A DNA stretch of 64,000 nucleotides from Selaginella moellendorffii (GCF_000143415.4 NW_003314383.1:124001-188000); one strand, 5' to 3'; shown: positions 47,032-59,339, counted from the first letter of the stretch. Made by a program: numbers and translations. Notes: a model not told the origin generated them from the sequence alone.

Positions 47032-49749
47032 TCAACCCCTCCTCTCGGAATAATGGAAGACCATAAGGGTTTTCTTGTATATGGGCCGGGATCTGGAGGA
47101 ATGTCAGGAGGAGGCATCGGCGGATCTGTAGGTGGTATTAACTGCTCCTGATCCCTTTGTAAGAAGCGTTTCAACCGCTGCACATGCACAATCTTTGGAG
47201 GATCAACCTGCTGGATGTCATGCCGAACTTCATAAACTTGTGGTCCAACTTGCCATAACACACGATACGGTCCTTTCCACTGCGCAAGGAGCCCCTTAGA
47301 TAAACCACGTACTGTAAGATGGGGAAAATAGACTAACACCAAATTATCCACTTTGCACTCTGCAGGTGGACAATGATGGGAGTTGTAGCACCGTTGTTGT
47401 CCCACTTGTATGAGGCCTAAGTGTTCGGCAAACTCTGCTCGGACAAGTGGAAAAATGCTCGTCAAATATTGATCCCACGACCTAGCATCGGCAACTCGTG
47501 GCAATCGCAAAGGTAAACACAGTTTTGTTGGTAATATTGGATCATGACCATATAGGAGTTTATATGGTGAAGCACCAATAGAACTCTGCACCCCTGTGAC
47601 ATACACATACCGAAGAGACGACAAATAACCATCCCAATCTGAATACTGAAAGTTCACATACTTCGCAATCATCCCTTTGAATGTCCGAACGAGCCATTCT
47701 ACCAGACTGTCTGATTGTGGATGATAAGCACTCATGAAGGTGTGGCATATCCCCAACCGAGACATCAAAACATGAAATGCCTCAACCATAAATGCGGGAC
47801 CATTATCCAAAAGAATCCGCTCTAGACAAGAATGCTGGAACACCACTCGATTGAGGAGGAAGTATCCAATAGTGTTGTAGAGGCACTAACAAGAGCACCA
47901 ATTTGCACCCAACGAGTCAACTAGTCAGAAGAAATAATAACATACTCATTGCCAGCAGTCGACCGTGGAAAAGGTCCTATAAGATCAAACACCACCAACT
48001 CAAATAGATGGGAAACTGCAATTAACTCCAACTGTCCTTCCATAACCCGAGGGGGAGTATTATGAGCTTGGCACTAAACACAGCTACGCACATACCGAAT
48101 AATATCACGTCGCATCTCCGGCCAATAGAAATACCTGTGCAGCTTCTCGATTACACAATGATGTCCCATATGCCCACCTAGAATAGGAGAATCATGGTAG
48201 GCATGGAGAAACCGCGGAATAAAGATAGAAAGCACCACCAGCCATAAATGATCATCAGGATTCATCCCCACAAAATAAAGAAGGCCGTTTTCAAGGCGAT
48301 ATTGAGAATGTAAATACCGGAAAGGCAAATTATTAGCAAGTGATGTAGGATTCTCAAACCCATCTCGAAGCCTTCAAATCCACGGCTCAATCTTTTAAGC
48401 TTCGCGAACCTCATCAAGAGAAGGTAGATCTTGCTCTACACCTTGTGGACATTGAACGTCAAGTATAGCAACTGCTGATGGCACAGAATCCTTGTTTAGA
48501 AAATCCATAGAGGCTAGAACAACAGGCTCGTCAGAAACATGAGAAGAGAGTGGAGAAGGAAGAGGAGCTCGAGAAAGGGCATCAGCATCAGCCATAAAAC
48601 TCCCTGGGCAATGAACAACATCAAAATCATATATCTTAAACTTCAAAGCCCATCAAGCAGTACGACCAACCAGGTTTTTTCGCTTCAATAATGAAGTAAT
48701 AGCAGCATGATCACCTTCAAGTAACGTCTGAGAACCATATAGATATGCATGAAGTTTCTCGAAACCCCAGACTGCTACTAAACATTCCTTCTCTATCGTG
48801 GAGTAGTTCATCTCCGTTGGTTGTAATGTACGACTTATATACACAATGGGATGGCACTGACCAGGCACACTCGAGCTTTCTTGCATCAACGCACCTCCAA
48901 GACCAATGTCAGAAGCATCCATGCGCAAAATAAAAGGTCGAGTGTAGTCAAGATATGCCAAAACCGGAGGAGTCCTTAATAGCTCTTTGAGATCCACGAA
49001 CGCCCGCTCACAATCCGGAGACTAGATGAAAGATGATGTTATGACTTCAGCAATGCTCGCAATGGTGCAGTGCGATCAGAAAGATGATCCACAAAATGAT
49101 CGAGATATTGCACCTTGCCCAAGAAGTGCTGCACATCATTCACACACTTCAGAGTAGGAAACTTTAGAACAGCCACAAGTTTTTCATGATCAACTTACAA
49201 ACCCTCACGAGAAATACGGTACCTAAGATAAGTTGTGTCCTTAGACCCAAACACGCACTTTGATCGCTTCAACTTTAAATTAACGTCGCGTAGTTGATCC
49301 AACACTTTACAAACATCATGAACGTGCTCCTCCCACATCCCCTTCGAGTGGATTAAGACATCATCAATGAAGTCAGCAGTGACCTCTGGCATATCGCAAA
49401 GGACCTCGTCCATCATCCGCTGGAAAGTTGCTGAAGCATTATTCAAACTAAACGGCAAGAACTCATACAAACCAAACGGTGTACGAAAAGCAGTCTTAGG
49501 AATATCTTCTTCGGCCATAGGTATTTGCTAGTACCTAGAAGCAAGATCTAGCTTGGTGAACTAACGACTTCGCCCCAGACAATCCAAGAGATCAACAGTG
49601 TGAGGAAGAGGGTACATATCTGAGATCGTCACTTCGTTTAACGGATGATAGTTGATGCAGAAACGAATACTCCCATCAGGCTTCATCACAAGATGAGGTT
49701 CACATGCCCAAGGACTCCATGACTTCCGAATAACACCCTTCTCCAACAT

Positions 49750-51500
49750 TGTAAGCGACTAATTTTTCCATTCTACTTTAGTCACTTAACCACACCTTCG
49801 ACCACTTGGAGGAGTCTCACTCACAACCTCCTTAAGTCCAATTCAGGACTTGGACTTGCTAGCCCCAAGAATGGCATCCATGCCACTCAACACTTGCACC
49901 TGGTCCAAGTGCTCCACGTGTCCGGTCCCAAGACCGACACCCAAAGGTACCACTGACATCTCGGCCCGTTACGCTAAGGCCATGCCCATTCACCTTTGCT
50001 GCACTAGTGGTCCAATACCACTTGCATCACCATCCCGTCTCTCCAAGACTGGGCCATCGGTCCACGAGTGGTCATCCTAGATCCACTCCTTAGCATCCTT
50101 AGGATGCCCACAGACCTGGGGAATCGCCTTCCCCAAAGTCCCTTTGTCAATTCCTACCAAGTCCCTTTTTGCCCCTGGCCGTGTTTGCCAACACTGCCAC
50201 TGGATCGAGGCCCATAGGCCCGACCACTAAGTCCCATGGTCCTCTGGGACTTCCTCACCACACGACTGTGTCCTTGGTCACTACCCCAGAGGACTGCTCC
50301 TCTTCCTTTCCACAGTCTAGGCCTTTGGGACAACATTTCGGAACACCGTGGCCTTACGCGAGCCACCTGGGTACTCTCCCCGCCTTTCGCCTTTAGGTGC
50401 TCTAGCCATGGGCTTAGAGCGAGGTTCCGTTGAGCCACACCTGGTATCCAAGTAGGTAGTGCCACCCACACTTGGACTGGGAGCATCGGCTAGTCGATCT
50501 CCCGGGGGAACTAGAGCCGGCTCTTGAACACTTCACCAAGCTACCCCGCTTGTCGGTCCGTGTTCACTCTAGTCTTGGACTTCCCAGTGGGCAGCTCATC
50601 ACCCAACACTGGGTCCGGCCTTCCTGGGCCAAACTGGCCTTTCCTGGCCAAACTGGCTCCACTGCAGTCCTCCCCCTACTATACTTTTGGGGCTCACCAA
50701 ACCCCCCAGGGTCTGGGAGACGAACGCTTTGGGCTTTCACCCTCTCAGGCTCCGGACTTGGACTTGGACTCGGACTCGGACTCGGACTCGGACTCGGACT
50801 CGGATTCGGACTCGGACTCGGGCTCGGGCTCGGTCTCGGCCTCGGCCTCGGTCTCGGTCTCGGTCCCGATCTCGGTCTCGGTCTCGGTCTCGGTCCCGGT
50901 CTCGGTCTCGACTTCGGACTCCATCTCGGACTCCATCTCGGACTCCATCTCGGGTCCATCTCGGACTCCATTTCGGACTCCATTTCGGGTCCATCTCGGG
51001 TCCACCTCGGACTCCATCTCGGACTCCATCTCGGACTCCATCTCGGACTCCACTTTGGACTCTAACTCGGGTCCATCTCGGGTCCACCTCGGACTCCACT
51101 TCGGACTCCAACTCGGGTCCATCTCGGACTCCACTTCGGACTCCAACTCGAGTCCATCTCGGACTCCACTTCGGACTCCAACTCGAGTCCATCTCGGACT
51201 CCACTTCGGACTCCAACTCGAGTCCATCTCGGACTCCACTTCGGACTCCAACTCGAGTCCATTTCGGACACTCCCACGTGTCATGTGTTGGTCCTTTTGG
51301 GTCCCTTTTTGGAGCCTTGCCTTTTGCTCGCTTCGTGCTCGTTCCTCGAGCACTTCGTTGGGAGTTCCACTCCCGCTCTTGACTTTTCAAGTCGGAGCTT
51401 TTGGTCCAAACGTGTTACGCTCGTTTGGCTCTCGCTTCGGCCACTACCATGTGGCGCCCTTCCGGCTCCACTTTGGGGCCTAGGGATTTTGTGTCTCACA
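49750..51500 (-). mobile_element. 1.75-kb solo LTR inserted just upstream of the RT core; contains a tandem-repeat array
   Basis: TGTAAG...CTCACA termini with an exact 5-bp TSD AACAT (49745-49749 and 51501-51505). Removing it restores the host frame HADVKEM|LEKGVIRKS. Confidence 0.9.
50750..51270. repeat. Hierarchical tandem array: (GGACTC)n, (GGTCTC)n, 12-mer GGACTCCATCTC, 36-mer higher-order unit
   Basis: Seen directly; explains the low-complexity ORFs in all six frames. Confidence 0.95.
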
Positions 51501-53440
51501 AACATCTCCTTGACGTCAGCATGTAAAATCTTGATTTCCTTGGGTGACCGACGACGAACAAAAACCTTGATTGGATGAGCATCCCCGGTTGGAATCGAAT
51601 GACGTGTGGCAATCTTGGCCCCAAACAATAGGTCAAATTCAAAGAGATCAAAATACTCCTTCATGAGCCGGTCAACCGCTGCAACACAAAGACTGTCGGA
51701 GGGATCGAAAAAGGGAAGAGCAGAACAAGACGGAAACATAGAAGGAAATAGTGGGGGAACAAAAGTAATGGAAGTAGAGGTAAAAGTAGAGGGATGAAGA
51801 GGTATCGAAGTGAGAGGAATGGATGAAACATAAGGAAGTATGAGATAAAGGGGAGAAGCATTAAAGTCACACTTGGCATAATTGTGCTGCAACTAATCCA
51901 TACCAAGAATGAGGTCAAAAGCTTGACTCGGCACCACCCGTAATGATTGCAACTCAAGCTCGAGATCGCCTACACGCACAACCAGGTCTGTGTCATCCCG
52001 TGCACATGCATGTGTACGGCCGTTGCCATAAAGAATGAAAACTAATTCTGCCGCACGATGCAAGTGTAGATGGCAACGTGTCGCAACAAGTTGAGCAATA
52101 GAAGATAAACTTGAACTTGTATCAACCAATATGGAGAGAATAATAGGACACCTCTTGTTATATAAACGAGTTTGGAAAGTAAACATTGGATGAACCGGTG
52201 CTAAGTGAACCCCTTGATGATACTCCCGAAAGAAAGATGGAGGGGTCACTAACTTATTCGCGCAAGGTCCCTCCGTTACTTGCGCGACTCCTCATTTCCC
52301 AAATGCATCTCAGTGTTCAAACCTTCCACTGCAACAGCACCAACAGGACGTTGCTAACGCCAAGGTCCCCACCAAAGAAATGGAGGTTGCCAATCCGGAA
52401 AATGCCGACAGCACCGATAAGTATGACCAACTTCATCACATGCCTAGCAGCAAACATCACGGCCATGACCACGTCCTCGCCCTTGTCCTTGGACTCGAGC
52501 AGCAGTAGCATCAACCTCCATTGAAACAGAACCATCACCCACAGGAAGGGGAGCTGAAGGACGGGCAGCAAGAAGTGGAAGAGGCGACATCTCATAATGT
52601 TGTGTCAAGCAAAGAGCATCGTCAAGGGTGGCGGGAGCAAGTGCATGCACAAGTTCAACAAGATCTTGATGAAGTGCTAGCCACAACATTCCTAACTTGA
52701 TCCGCTTCGACATATTTGGCTTTGCACAAAACAAAAGACTTCGGAAACAAATGCCAAATTGCATCACCGACTCAAATGGCCTTTGGCGAAGACAATGCAA
52801 TTGTTGGAAGGCATCATTATAGTCGTCGGCATGTCCGAAGGCGTGTTTGAAGACATCCAGGAGAACACTCCAATCCCCATGAGTGACTGTGCTCAGACCA
52901 TTGTACCATTGCAACGCCGTCCCTTGGAGACACGTGGGAAACTCATGCAAACGTCGAACATCATCCCAAGAATGATATGTGGCAATTACCTTGAAGTGAT
53001 CGAACCAATGGTACACATCATCGCCAGGATTCCCGCGAAAGAACTCCGGCTGAACGCGAGGATTAGCACCAAGAGCAGGAGGAATTGTACCATGTGCCAT
53101 GAACACCGCCATCAACTAAGTTTGGTTAGTCAATTGCAAGCACATAGCATCAAGCAATTGTACCAATTGCTGCTCCAAAGTCAAAGGAGGAGATTGCGGA
53201 TTTGCCATGAAGACGGACGAAGAAAGAGCAAAAGAAGAGAAACGACAAAAAGTGAGAAGGAAATGGGAGATCTAGACAATGCAAAAAGCTAGATCTAAAC
53301 TAAAATCCTAAAAGGGAAGAACAAAAAAAAAAAGAAATGGAAAAAGCTAAATCTAAACAATGCAAAAGCTAGATCTAAACAAAAATCCCAAATTCAAGCA
53401 CTCTTCAAGGATAATCAAAGGTGCCCCTCATCTCCACCAA

Positions 53441-53917
53441 TGTGAGTGTTTGGAATATGGAAAGGGAATATAAAAAATGTGCATATCAATTAGATGTAAG
53501 TAACCAAAGGAAACGACTTGAAAGACGATCCATTGGGGTTTAAATATAAAGGGAAAGGGCCCATGAACAAGAGTGCACCCCCCTTTCCAATCGGTTAAGG
53601 GTCTTGGGATATTTGGGGTTAAGCGTACTTGAGAGACGATCTATTAGGGTTCAAATATAGAGGGAAAGGGCCCATGAACAAGAGTGCACCCCTTTTTCCA
53701 AGTCTTGGGATATTTAGGGTTAAGTGTCCTTGGGTTTGAATAGTACTGAGCTGGGTGACTTCCTGGGAAATCTAAACTTAGGACATTACATTAGCCCAAA
53801 AACCCTAGCTTATATACAGGAGCGAGTGGTCCAAATTGAAACCAATCCGATAGTTACCAAAATCCCATTATGCTAATATTAATATATGGTATCGTAACCG
53901 TACACTTGGCCCTCACA
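53441..53917 (-). repeat. 5' LTR of the gypsy element, interrupted by a 296-bp insertion
   Basis: Matches 46856-47031 on both sides of 53495-53790. Confidence 0.92.
53495..53790 (+). mobile_element. Solo LTR carrying a 5S rRNA-derived segment (Cassandra-like)
   Basis: TGTAA...TTACA termini, TSD TTAGA/TTAGC, and an internal ~110-bp duplication. Segment 53719-53772 matches the plant 5S internal control region at 43/54 positions against the sequence as I recall it. Confidence 0.8.
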
Positions 53918-54439
53918 AAAAGTGTTTATAAAATAATTTAATTAAATTAGATGGTATCTGTTTAAGATATTTGTATTTTCAGAACTTCTAAAAGATAAGA
54001 AAAACTTAGGCATTAAATATTTGTAATGTATTCTCATATGGACCCTGCAAGAAAGGAGGAACTTGTACCAATGTTGCTGTACATGGAGGATTCCTGTGCT
54101 CATGTACAATTACTTCAGTTCAGCACCCTGAACGTTATCTCCCACTTTCTAGAGAATGGGTGTCTACTTGCTTCCATATGGATCAAGATATTTTTGAGGC
54201 AATGCATTGATTGTATGAGTTGCAATGCAGCATCCAGCACTGTGGAAAATTTCTATAATAATTATTTATTATTCAATTCTTTCATGTTGGAAGGTTAGCT
54301 CATACTTTGCTGAGTCAAGTTTCAAGACGAAAGGACGTTGTACAATTATTGCCTGCCAACTTGAAGAACCATGAGGCTAATCAGCAAGTAATACAGAACA
54401 ACCACCAAGAGCAGAAATGGCAACTTTGGCAACCACCAT

Positions 54440-54730
54440 TGTGGCCACTCGCAACCATCTTGAAATGCTCTATAGTGATCACAACCACGACCACCTCATT
54501 AGCAGCTTCTTGGTGTTCATCACATACTTCGAGCAGTTCTTCTCGTGGAAGCTGTATTACGGATCGTGATCCTCGAGACCAGGAGCTCGCTGGAGTATCC
54601 TCGCAATTGAAACTCAGCAGCTTAGCATTCTCAAAGTCGCCCATGCTGGGAAGATCATACATGGAAGACAGTCTAGTTGCAAGGTAATAGTAATCGCAAA
54701 GCGTTGAACTGCGGGATCAACATAACCCTC
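54440..54730 (-). pseudogene. Second decayed copy of the putative permuted papain-like gene family
   Basis: GDFENAKLLSFNCEDTP and DHDP*YSFHEKNCSKY parallel 40620-40745. Confidence 0.6.
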
Positions 54731-54919
54731 AGTGCAATTAGACCGCTGATGCCGTGAGCTTGACAGTGAAAGAAACCTTTGATTAGTCTCTCTATCAGAT
54801 ATTAGAATTGTTTTCTCGCCAATTGCTCACAAAACAAACGCGATTGCTTCCGGCATTGCTTAAATTAATCGCAAGTGAGCCCCTCGAAGAAAAAAAGAGA
54901 TAGTGTCGATACGGAGCTT

Positions 54920-56253
54920 TCAACTTGAGCTCTCTAACAACGCACGATGTGACGACAGTCGTGGCGCTTCCTCCAGTACTGTGCTGCCCAGCCTCGTTGG
55001 CGGCCAGTATCTTAGCACCGATCTTCCTATGATGTTTTTAACCGGGAGAGGTCCCCTGAAAGAGCGAGCGAGTCTCAAGATCGAGAAAACGCTGAAATGA
55101 AAGAGATTTACCAGATATGAGAATCGTAGCTATTGTTTCTGTTATCGCCCATGACAAAAACGTAGCCTTCGGGAACGGTCTGCAGTTTGGCAAGCAAACG
55201 TAAGCGAGGATTTTAGCTTTAGAATACAAGGGATGCTTACGACTGGAGGCATGTCATAATCGGGTGGCTCGGCAATGAAACTCTCCATTCTTTCCACTCC
55301 GTTCAAGACAAGCCTTCCATTGCGAACCTGTCACGAAAGAAAACAAATGTTTTAGCACTTCTTGCGCAGTAGCGTTTGATTACCTCTACAACATCTCCTT
55401 CTTTAGCCACGACTCTTTTGATGAAAACGTCTCCAGCACTGTAGCCCCTGGCCTGTGGAAAACAAAAAGCGAAACCCGCCTCAGCACAAACAATATCTCC
55501 CATCGACACACTCACTTGGAGAACATCCGGAGCTTTGAAGATGACAATGTCGTTTACGTCTGGACTTCTAAAGTAGTACGAGACCTGCAACAAGAGAGGA
55601 GTCACGCACGAAAGAAAACAAAGGGGGGGAAAAAATGCCTGTACCTTTTCAGCGACCACTCTATCTCCAACCTCAAAAGTAGGATACATCGACAACGATG
55701 GAATAAGCCTCGGCTCCGCAACATACCACCGAAACAGCATCGACGCTAGAAACGCAATCACGATCGTCTTGGCATCGTCTTTTGTAAGGTTGAGCCACTC
55801 AGGCATCCAGCGAAACTTGGATGACTCCTCCTCCTCCTTCCTCCCTCCCTCCCCACCACGACCACTGCTAGAAACTTCTCCTCCTTCCTCTACAACTTTC
55901 CTGCTGGAAGAGCTAGAACTTAAGCCATCACTCTCACCATCTTCAGAGACGGCCTTGGAATCGTCACTGGAGACGGCCTTGGAGCTGCAAGTTAACAAGT
56001 AGTCCGCGTCGAGACGATTCAATGGAGTCCGAGGGAGCCACTTCGATGACCAATGGAGTAGCGGAAGCGGATTCGTCGTCGATAGCACCGGCTTCCTGCC
56101 ATATCCCAACCCGAAATGCACTGCCCCGGGCCCTCTAATCTGCTCTATGCTAGAAGACTTGCTGCTAGAACAGCGATGAGCGTTGCTCCCTGCCTTTCTA
56201 TCAGCCTGCTCTACTGCTAGTTTTGCATTGGCGCTAACTAAGCTCTTCGCCAT
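54920..56253 (-). CDS. Thylakoidal processing peptidase / signal peptidase I (S26A), multi-exon
   Basis: Ser-rich transit peptide; [25 protein letters not shown]; FIKRVVA; [14 protein letters not shown]|[19 protein letters not shown]. Confidence 0.93.
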
Positions 56254-56668
56254 AGCTACTGCTGCTATAATGGATTAAATATTTACCTCGAGCGTTGGAA
56301 CCGCCATCGCCAACGCTCGCAAGTGTGAGCAGCAAGCCGGAAGTGAGTGGATCCCTAGGTTCGTAAGATAGAGAGCATCTGAGCCGTCAGCTTTTGGTCC
56401 ATATGGCGTGATCACCGCCGTTCAGAACGTTCGCACGAAGAACGTGCTAGAAAGAAAAAGAGACCAAACTACCTTTATGAAGATCGAGACTTGAGTTCTT
56501 GCGGAAAAGAACACTTTCATGGACCACGAATATGAATGTACACTTCCTCGTCAGAAACGAAATTGTCTCGACTAGCTCTAACTCTGTACAGCAAAATCGA
56601 TCGAAAGTATCAACAAAGCAGAAAACCAAAAGAGTACCGGGCCTTCGGCGAGAGATGGTGGAAGCACT

Positions 56669-58216
56669 CTATGCGGACTGGCGGCGGAGCATGTAGGCCG
56701 GCGGAGCTGGAGTCTCAGGCTGGTGGATCTTCGGTGCTGTCTCTGGGAGCACACGATCGAGAGCGCTGTGATTCGCTGGTCCCGGTCCCACTGGCACAAG
56801 CTGCGACTTTGGCCAAGCACGGATGAAGGCACTCAATTTCTCGAATTCAAGTCCCTCGAGGCTTGCCGGAGCGTCGTCCTCACGTATCATCTTCGGCACT
56901 TTGCCAGCCGATCGCAGCATGTCCTAGTAAAAGCAACGTAATAGTGAGAAAAACACTTGAAGCAGAATTTACAAGCTTACCATGCTTTCGACCGGATCAT
57001 GGCACACGGGGCAAAACATCCCCCGGGTCTGACCACACTTGTCGAGGCACTTCTTGCAGGAGTCACAGAGCACAAGATGCCTGCACGGAATGCCGGACCA
57101 CAGCGCTTCCTCCTTGCAAATGTTGCACAGTACACCGGTGCTCGGTGGTAGAGTGTTGTGCTCGACGTTGTCAAAGACGTTGCGCATCGTACCGGTGCTG
57201 GGTGGTGGTGGTGGGACGTTCTCCACGTTGTGCAGATCCTGAAGCACGTTGCGGCGGAGTGTCGGGATGTTCTCGTTGTACAGATCCTGGAGCACGTTGC
57301 GGCTGAGTAACGATCCCTGGACAACGTCGCTTGGTGGAGCTTGAGGTGGCTGTGACGGCCCCGGGTCTGGCTGCTGGATCACAGTCTCGGTAGCTGGCAA
57401 CACACTCTCACTGCGTGTCTGTGGTCCCAATCCCAAAGTCGGCTCCCGCTGCTGGATCTCTGTTGCTGTGTCTGGCATCACTCGCTCGAGAACAATGTGT
57501 GTCGCTGGGCCCGATCCCACTGGCACAAGCTTCGGCTCACAGATTTCTGGCCACGCACGGATGAAGTCTCTCAGTTTCTCGAAACCAAGTGACGCGTGAT
57601 CCATCTCCAGCCCACAAGTTGCCCGGAAGTCGCCTTTCAGCGAGCAAAGAGGATAAGCTTCGCCTTTCGCCAGACGCTTGGAAACCTCGGCTAGAAAACC
57701 CGGCAGCCAGTCCCGGAACCTCTGAGCCCAGGGAGGAAGCGAAGGAGAATGCATGAGGCTTGCCGGAGGAGCGTCTTCTCCAAACTGTCTCTTGGAATTC
57801 TCGTCAGCTGGTGGCAGCAAGTCCCTGGAAACGCGAGCCTCCACGATGTCGATCATCGCCTGGCAGGCATGGAAAAGGAATCAAGATTGCTCTAGACATA
57901 TTTCACTCGACTGCGTACCTTCTTCCCAAAGATGTAGCCGCTCTTCATCCGGATAGCTTCGAGGAACGCGTTCTTGTTCTTGAATGTGACGACGCCAAAT
58001 CTTCCTCGCTGGCCATCGGCGGAATGGAATGGGAGCACGACAGCATCCAAGACCGGGCCGAAATTCTGCTCGAAGAAGCAAAACAGGCCCTCTGCGAGCA
58101 TAGACGCGAGATTTTTGAGGCGATCGATCGAAATATCCGTGCGGAAGAGATCGCTAGCGCGAGGACTTACCCGAATCGAGAAAGTCGGGCAAGCCGGAGA
58201 CGAGAACCTTCTTCAT
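56669..58216 (-). CDS. RRM plus LOTUS/OST-HTH plus RING-HC plus partial second LOTUS protein, about 4 exons
   Basis: MKKVLVSGLPDFLDS|EGLFCFFEQNFGPV...GRFGVVTF (RRM); YPLCSLKGDFRATCGLEMDHASLGFEKLRDFIR (LOTUS); CNIC..PCRHLVLCDSC..CPVC (RING); LEFEKLSAFIRAWP repeat. Confidence 0.75.
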
Positions 58217-58684
58217 TCTGCGAGAATCGGAGCTCGCCAGCGTCCATTCGTTCGAGGTGGATCCCAACCGCGGCAGCTGCTGCTGGATGGAGGAATCCTT
58301 GCCGCATTGGAACCGATCGCCGGAGCGCCTAAAACCTAGCATCGCTCTGTTCTTAGGGTTTTAGGCTCCACTCCCTCCATTCTTATAAGCAAATCCATTA
58401 TAAGTCATCTAACGGCTCTCATTGAGAGTCTTTAATCTAATGGTTATGAATGACATTTAAAACAGTTTCGTAAACCGTAATACGTTTTAATGCTTGTTCA
58501 TGTGAGGTCCCACATTCATAATTTTTTTTCCATGATTTTTGATTCAACAAACTTTGTGATTAGTTTCGGCATATGATGGATAAATATTGAATAATCACGA
58601 TTTTACTAAAGATAACTCTAGGCCATCTGGAATAAATACATATTTTCATGTTAAAATCAGTAACTTACCGGTGACTGTTTTTCG

Positions 58685-59146
58685 TTACCATGTCCAAGGA
58701 CCACACCATTTGAGGTATCCATCCACATTCTTTACATGGGAGTCCACATCAAATTGGGACCAAGTTGGTGTTCCATGAAAATCTTTGCAATAGCCTCCAA
58801 TTCCCACCCGATTGAGATCAGAAGATTCTGTGTGGAATCTAATGATTCGCAGCTGGCTACATGTCCTTGAAAACTCCGAGCCCCCAGGTTTGAGCTCTCC
58901 ATTCACATTCTCTACATACTCGTTCAGAACAATAAACCAATGTTTTGTGTAAGCGCGATCTTCTTTATAGCAAGTAGCCCAGAAGTAACCAAGTTTTGAG
59001 ATTCTATAGTTTTGACATGTCCTCGAAAAGAAGCCACATTCCTGAAAAAAACAAAAGAATTTAGAGTAAGTCCTTTTGTGTTCTAAGCAAGAAACCTGTG
59101 CTGTCACAAATCGATTTAGGAGTAGGAAAAGTAGAAGAATTTCCAT
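58685..59146 (-). CDS. Secreted cyanovirin-N homolog (CVNH lectin); 54-nt intron 59042-59095
   Basis: Signal peptide exon, then two ~50-aa repeats: FSRTC...ATC...LNEYVENVNGEL and FSRTC...GYC...VDSHVKNVDGYL. Confidence 0.85.
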   Translation of the reverse strand: MEILLLFLLLNRFVTAQVSCLEHKRTYSKFFCFFQECGFFSRTCQNYRISKLGYFWATCYKEDRAYTKHWFIVLNEYVENVNGELKPGGSEFSRTCSQLRIIRFHTESSDLNRVGIGGYCKDFHGTPTWSQFDVDSHVKNVDGYLKWCGPWTW

Positions 59147-59339
59147 AGAAAGTTTGATTAGAAAGAAGACAAGGTTGCATTCTTCAATTTAGAATGTTAA
59201 ATTGATTAAGTACTTTTGAGGTGGAGATTCGGAATATTTTTGAAAAATTTTATTTTTGAATATTTTTGAATATTTTTGAGGAGGCTCCTTTAGCAATAAG
59301 GTAATGAAAAGAAATAAACAAAAGAGGGCATAAGCTAGC

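Larger units (their letters stand above)
46856..53917 (-). mobile_element. Full-length, degenerate Ty3/gypsy LTR retrotransposon with two nested insertions
   Basis: TG..CA LTRs at 46856-47031 and 53441-53917. PBS TGGTGGAGATGAGGGGCA (tRNA-Ala-like) at 53422-53439 and PPT at 47032-47048. Domains in gag (PEFFRG), protease (ILVDTSS), RT (KTAFRTPFGLYEF, FIDDVL), RNase H (DASDIGLG, NYSTIEKE), integrase (DNGPAF, GPYRV) order, with many stops and frameshifts. Confidence 0.95.

Noticed and set aside
50750-51270. CRISPR-like regular repeats
   Set aside because: There are no unique spacers; this is a contiguous tandem array in eukaryotic DNA.
50472-51483. Long ORFs in all six frames (SD-, RS-, GL-, ES-, RD-repeat proteins)
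   Set aside because: They are by-products of the stop-poor hexamer array within a solo LTR, with no other coding evidence.
53719-53772. Functional 5S rRNA gene
   Set aside because: Only the internal control region is present, at ~80% identity, and it is embedded in an LTR with TSD. The 5' part and the T-run terminator are missing.
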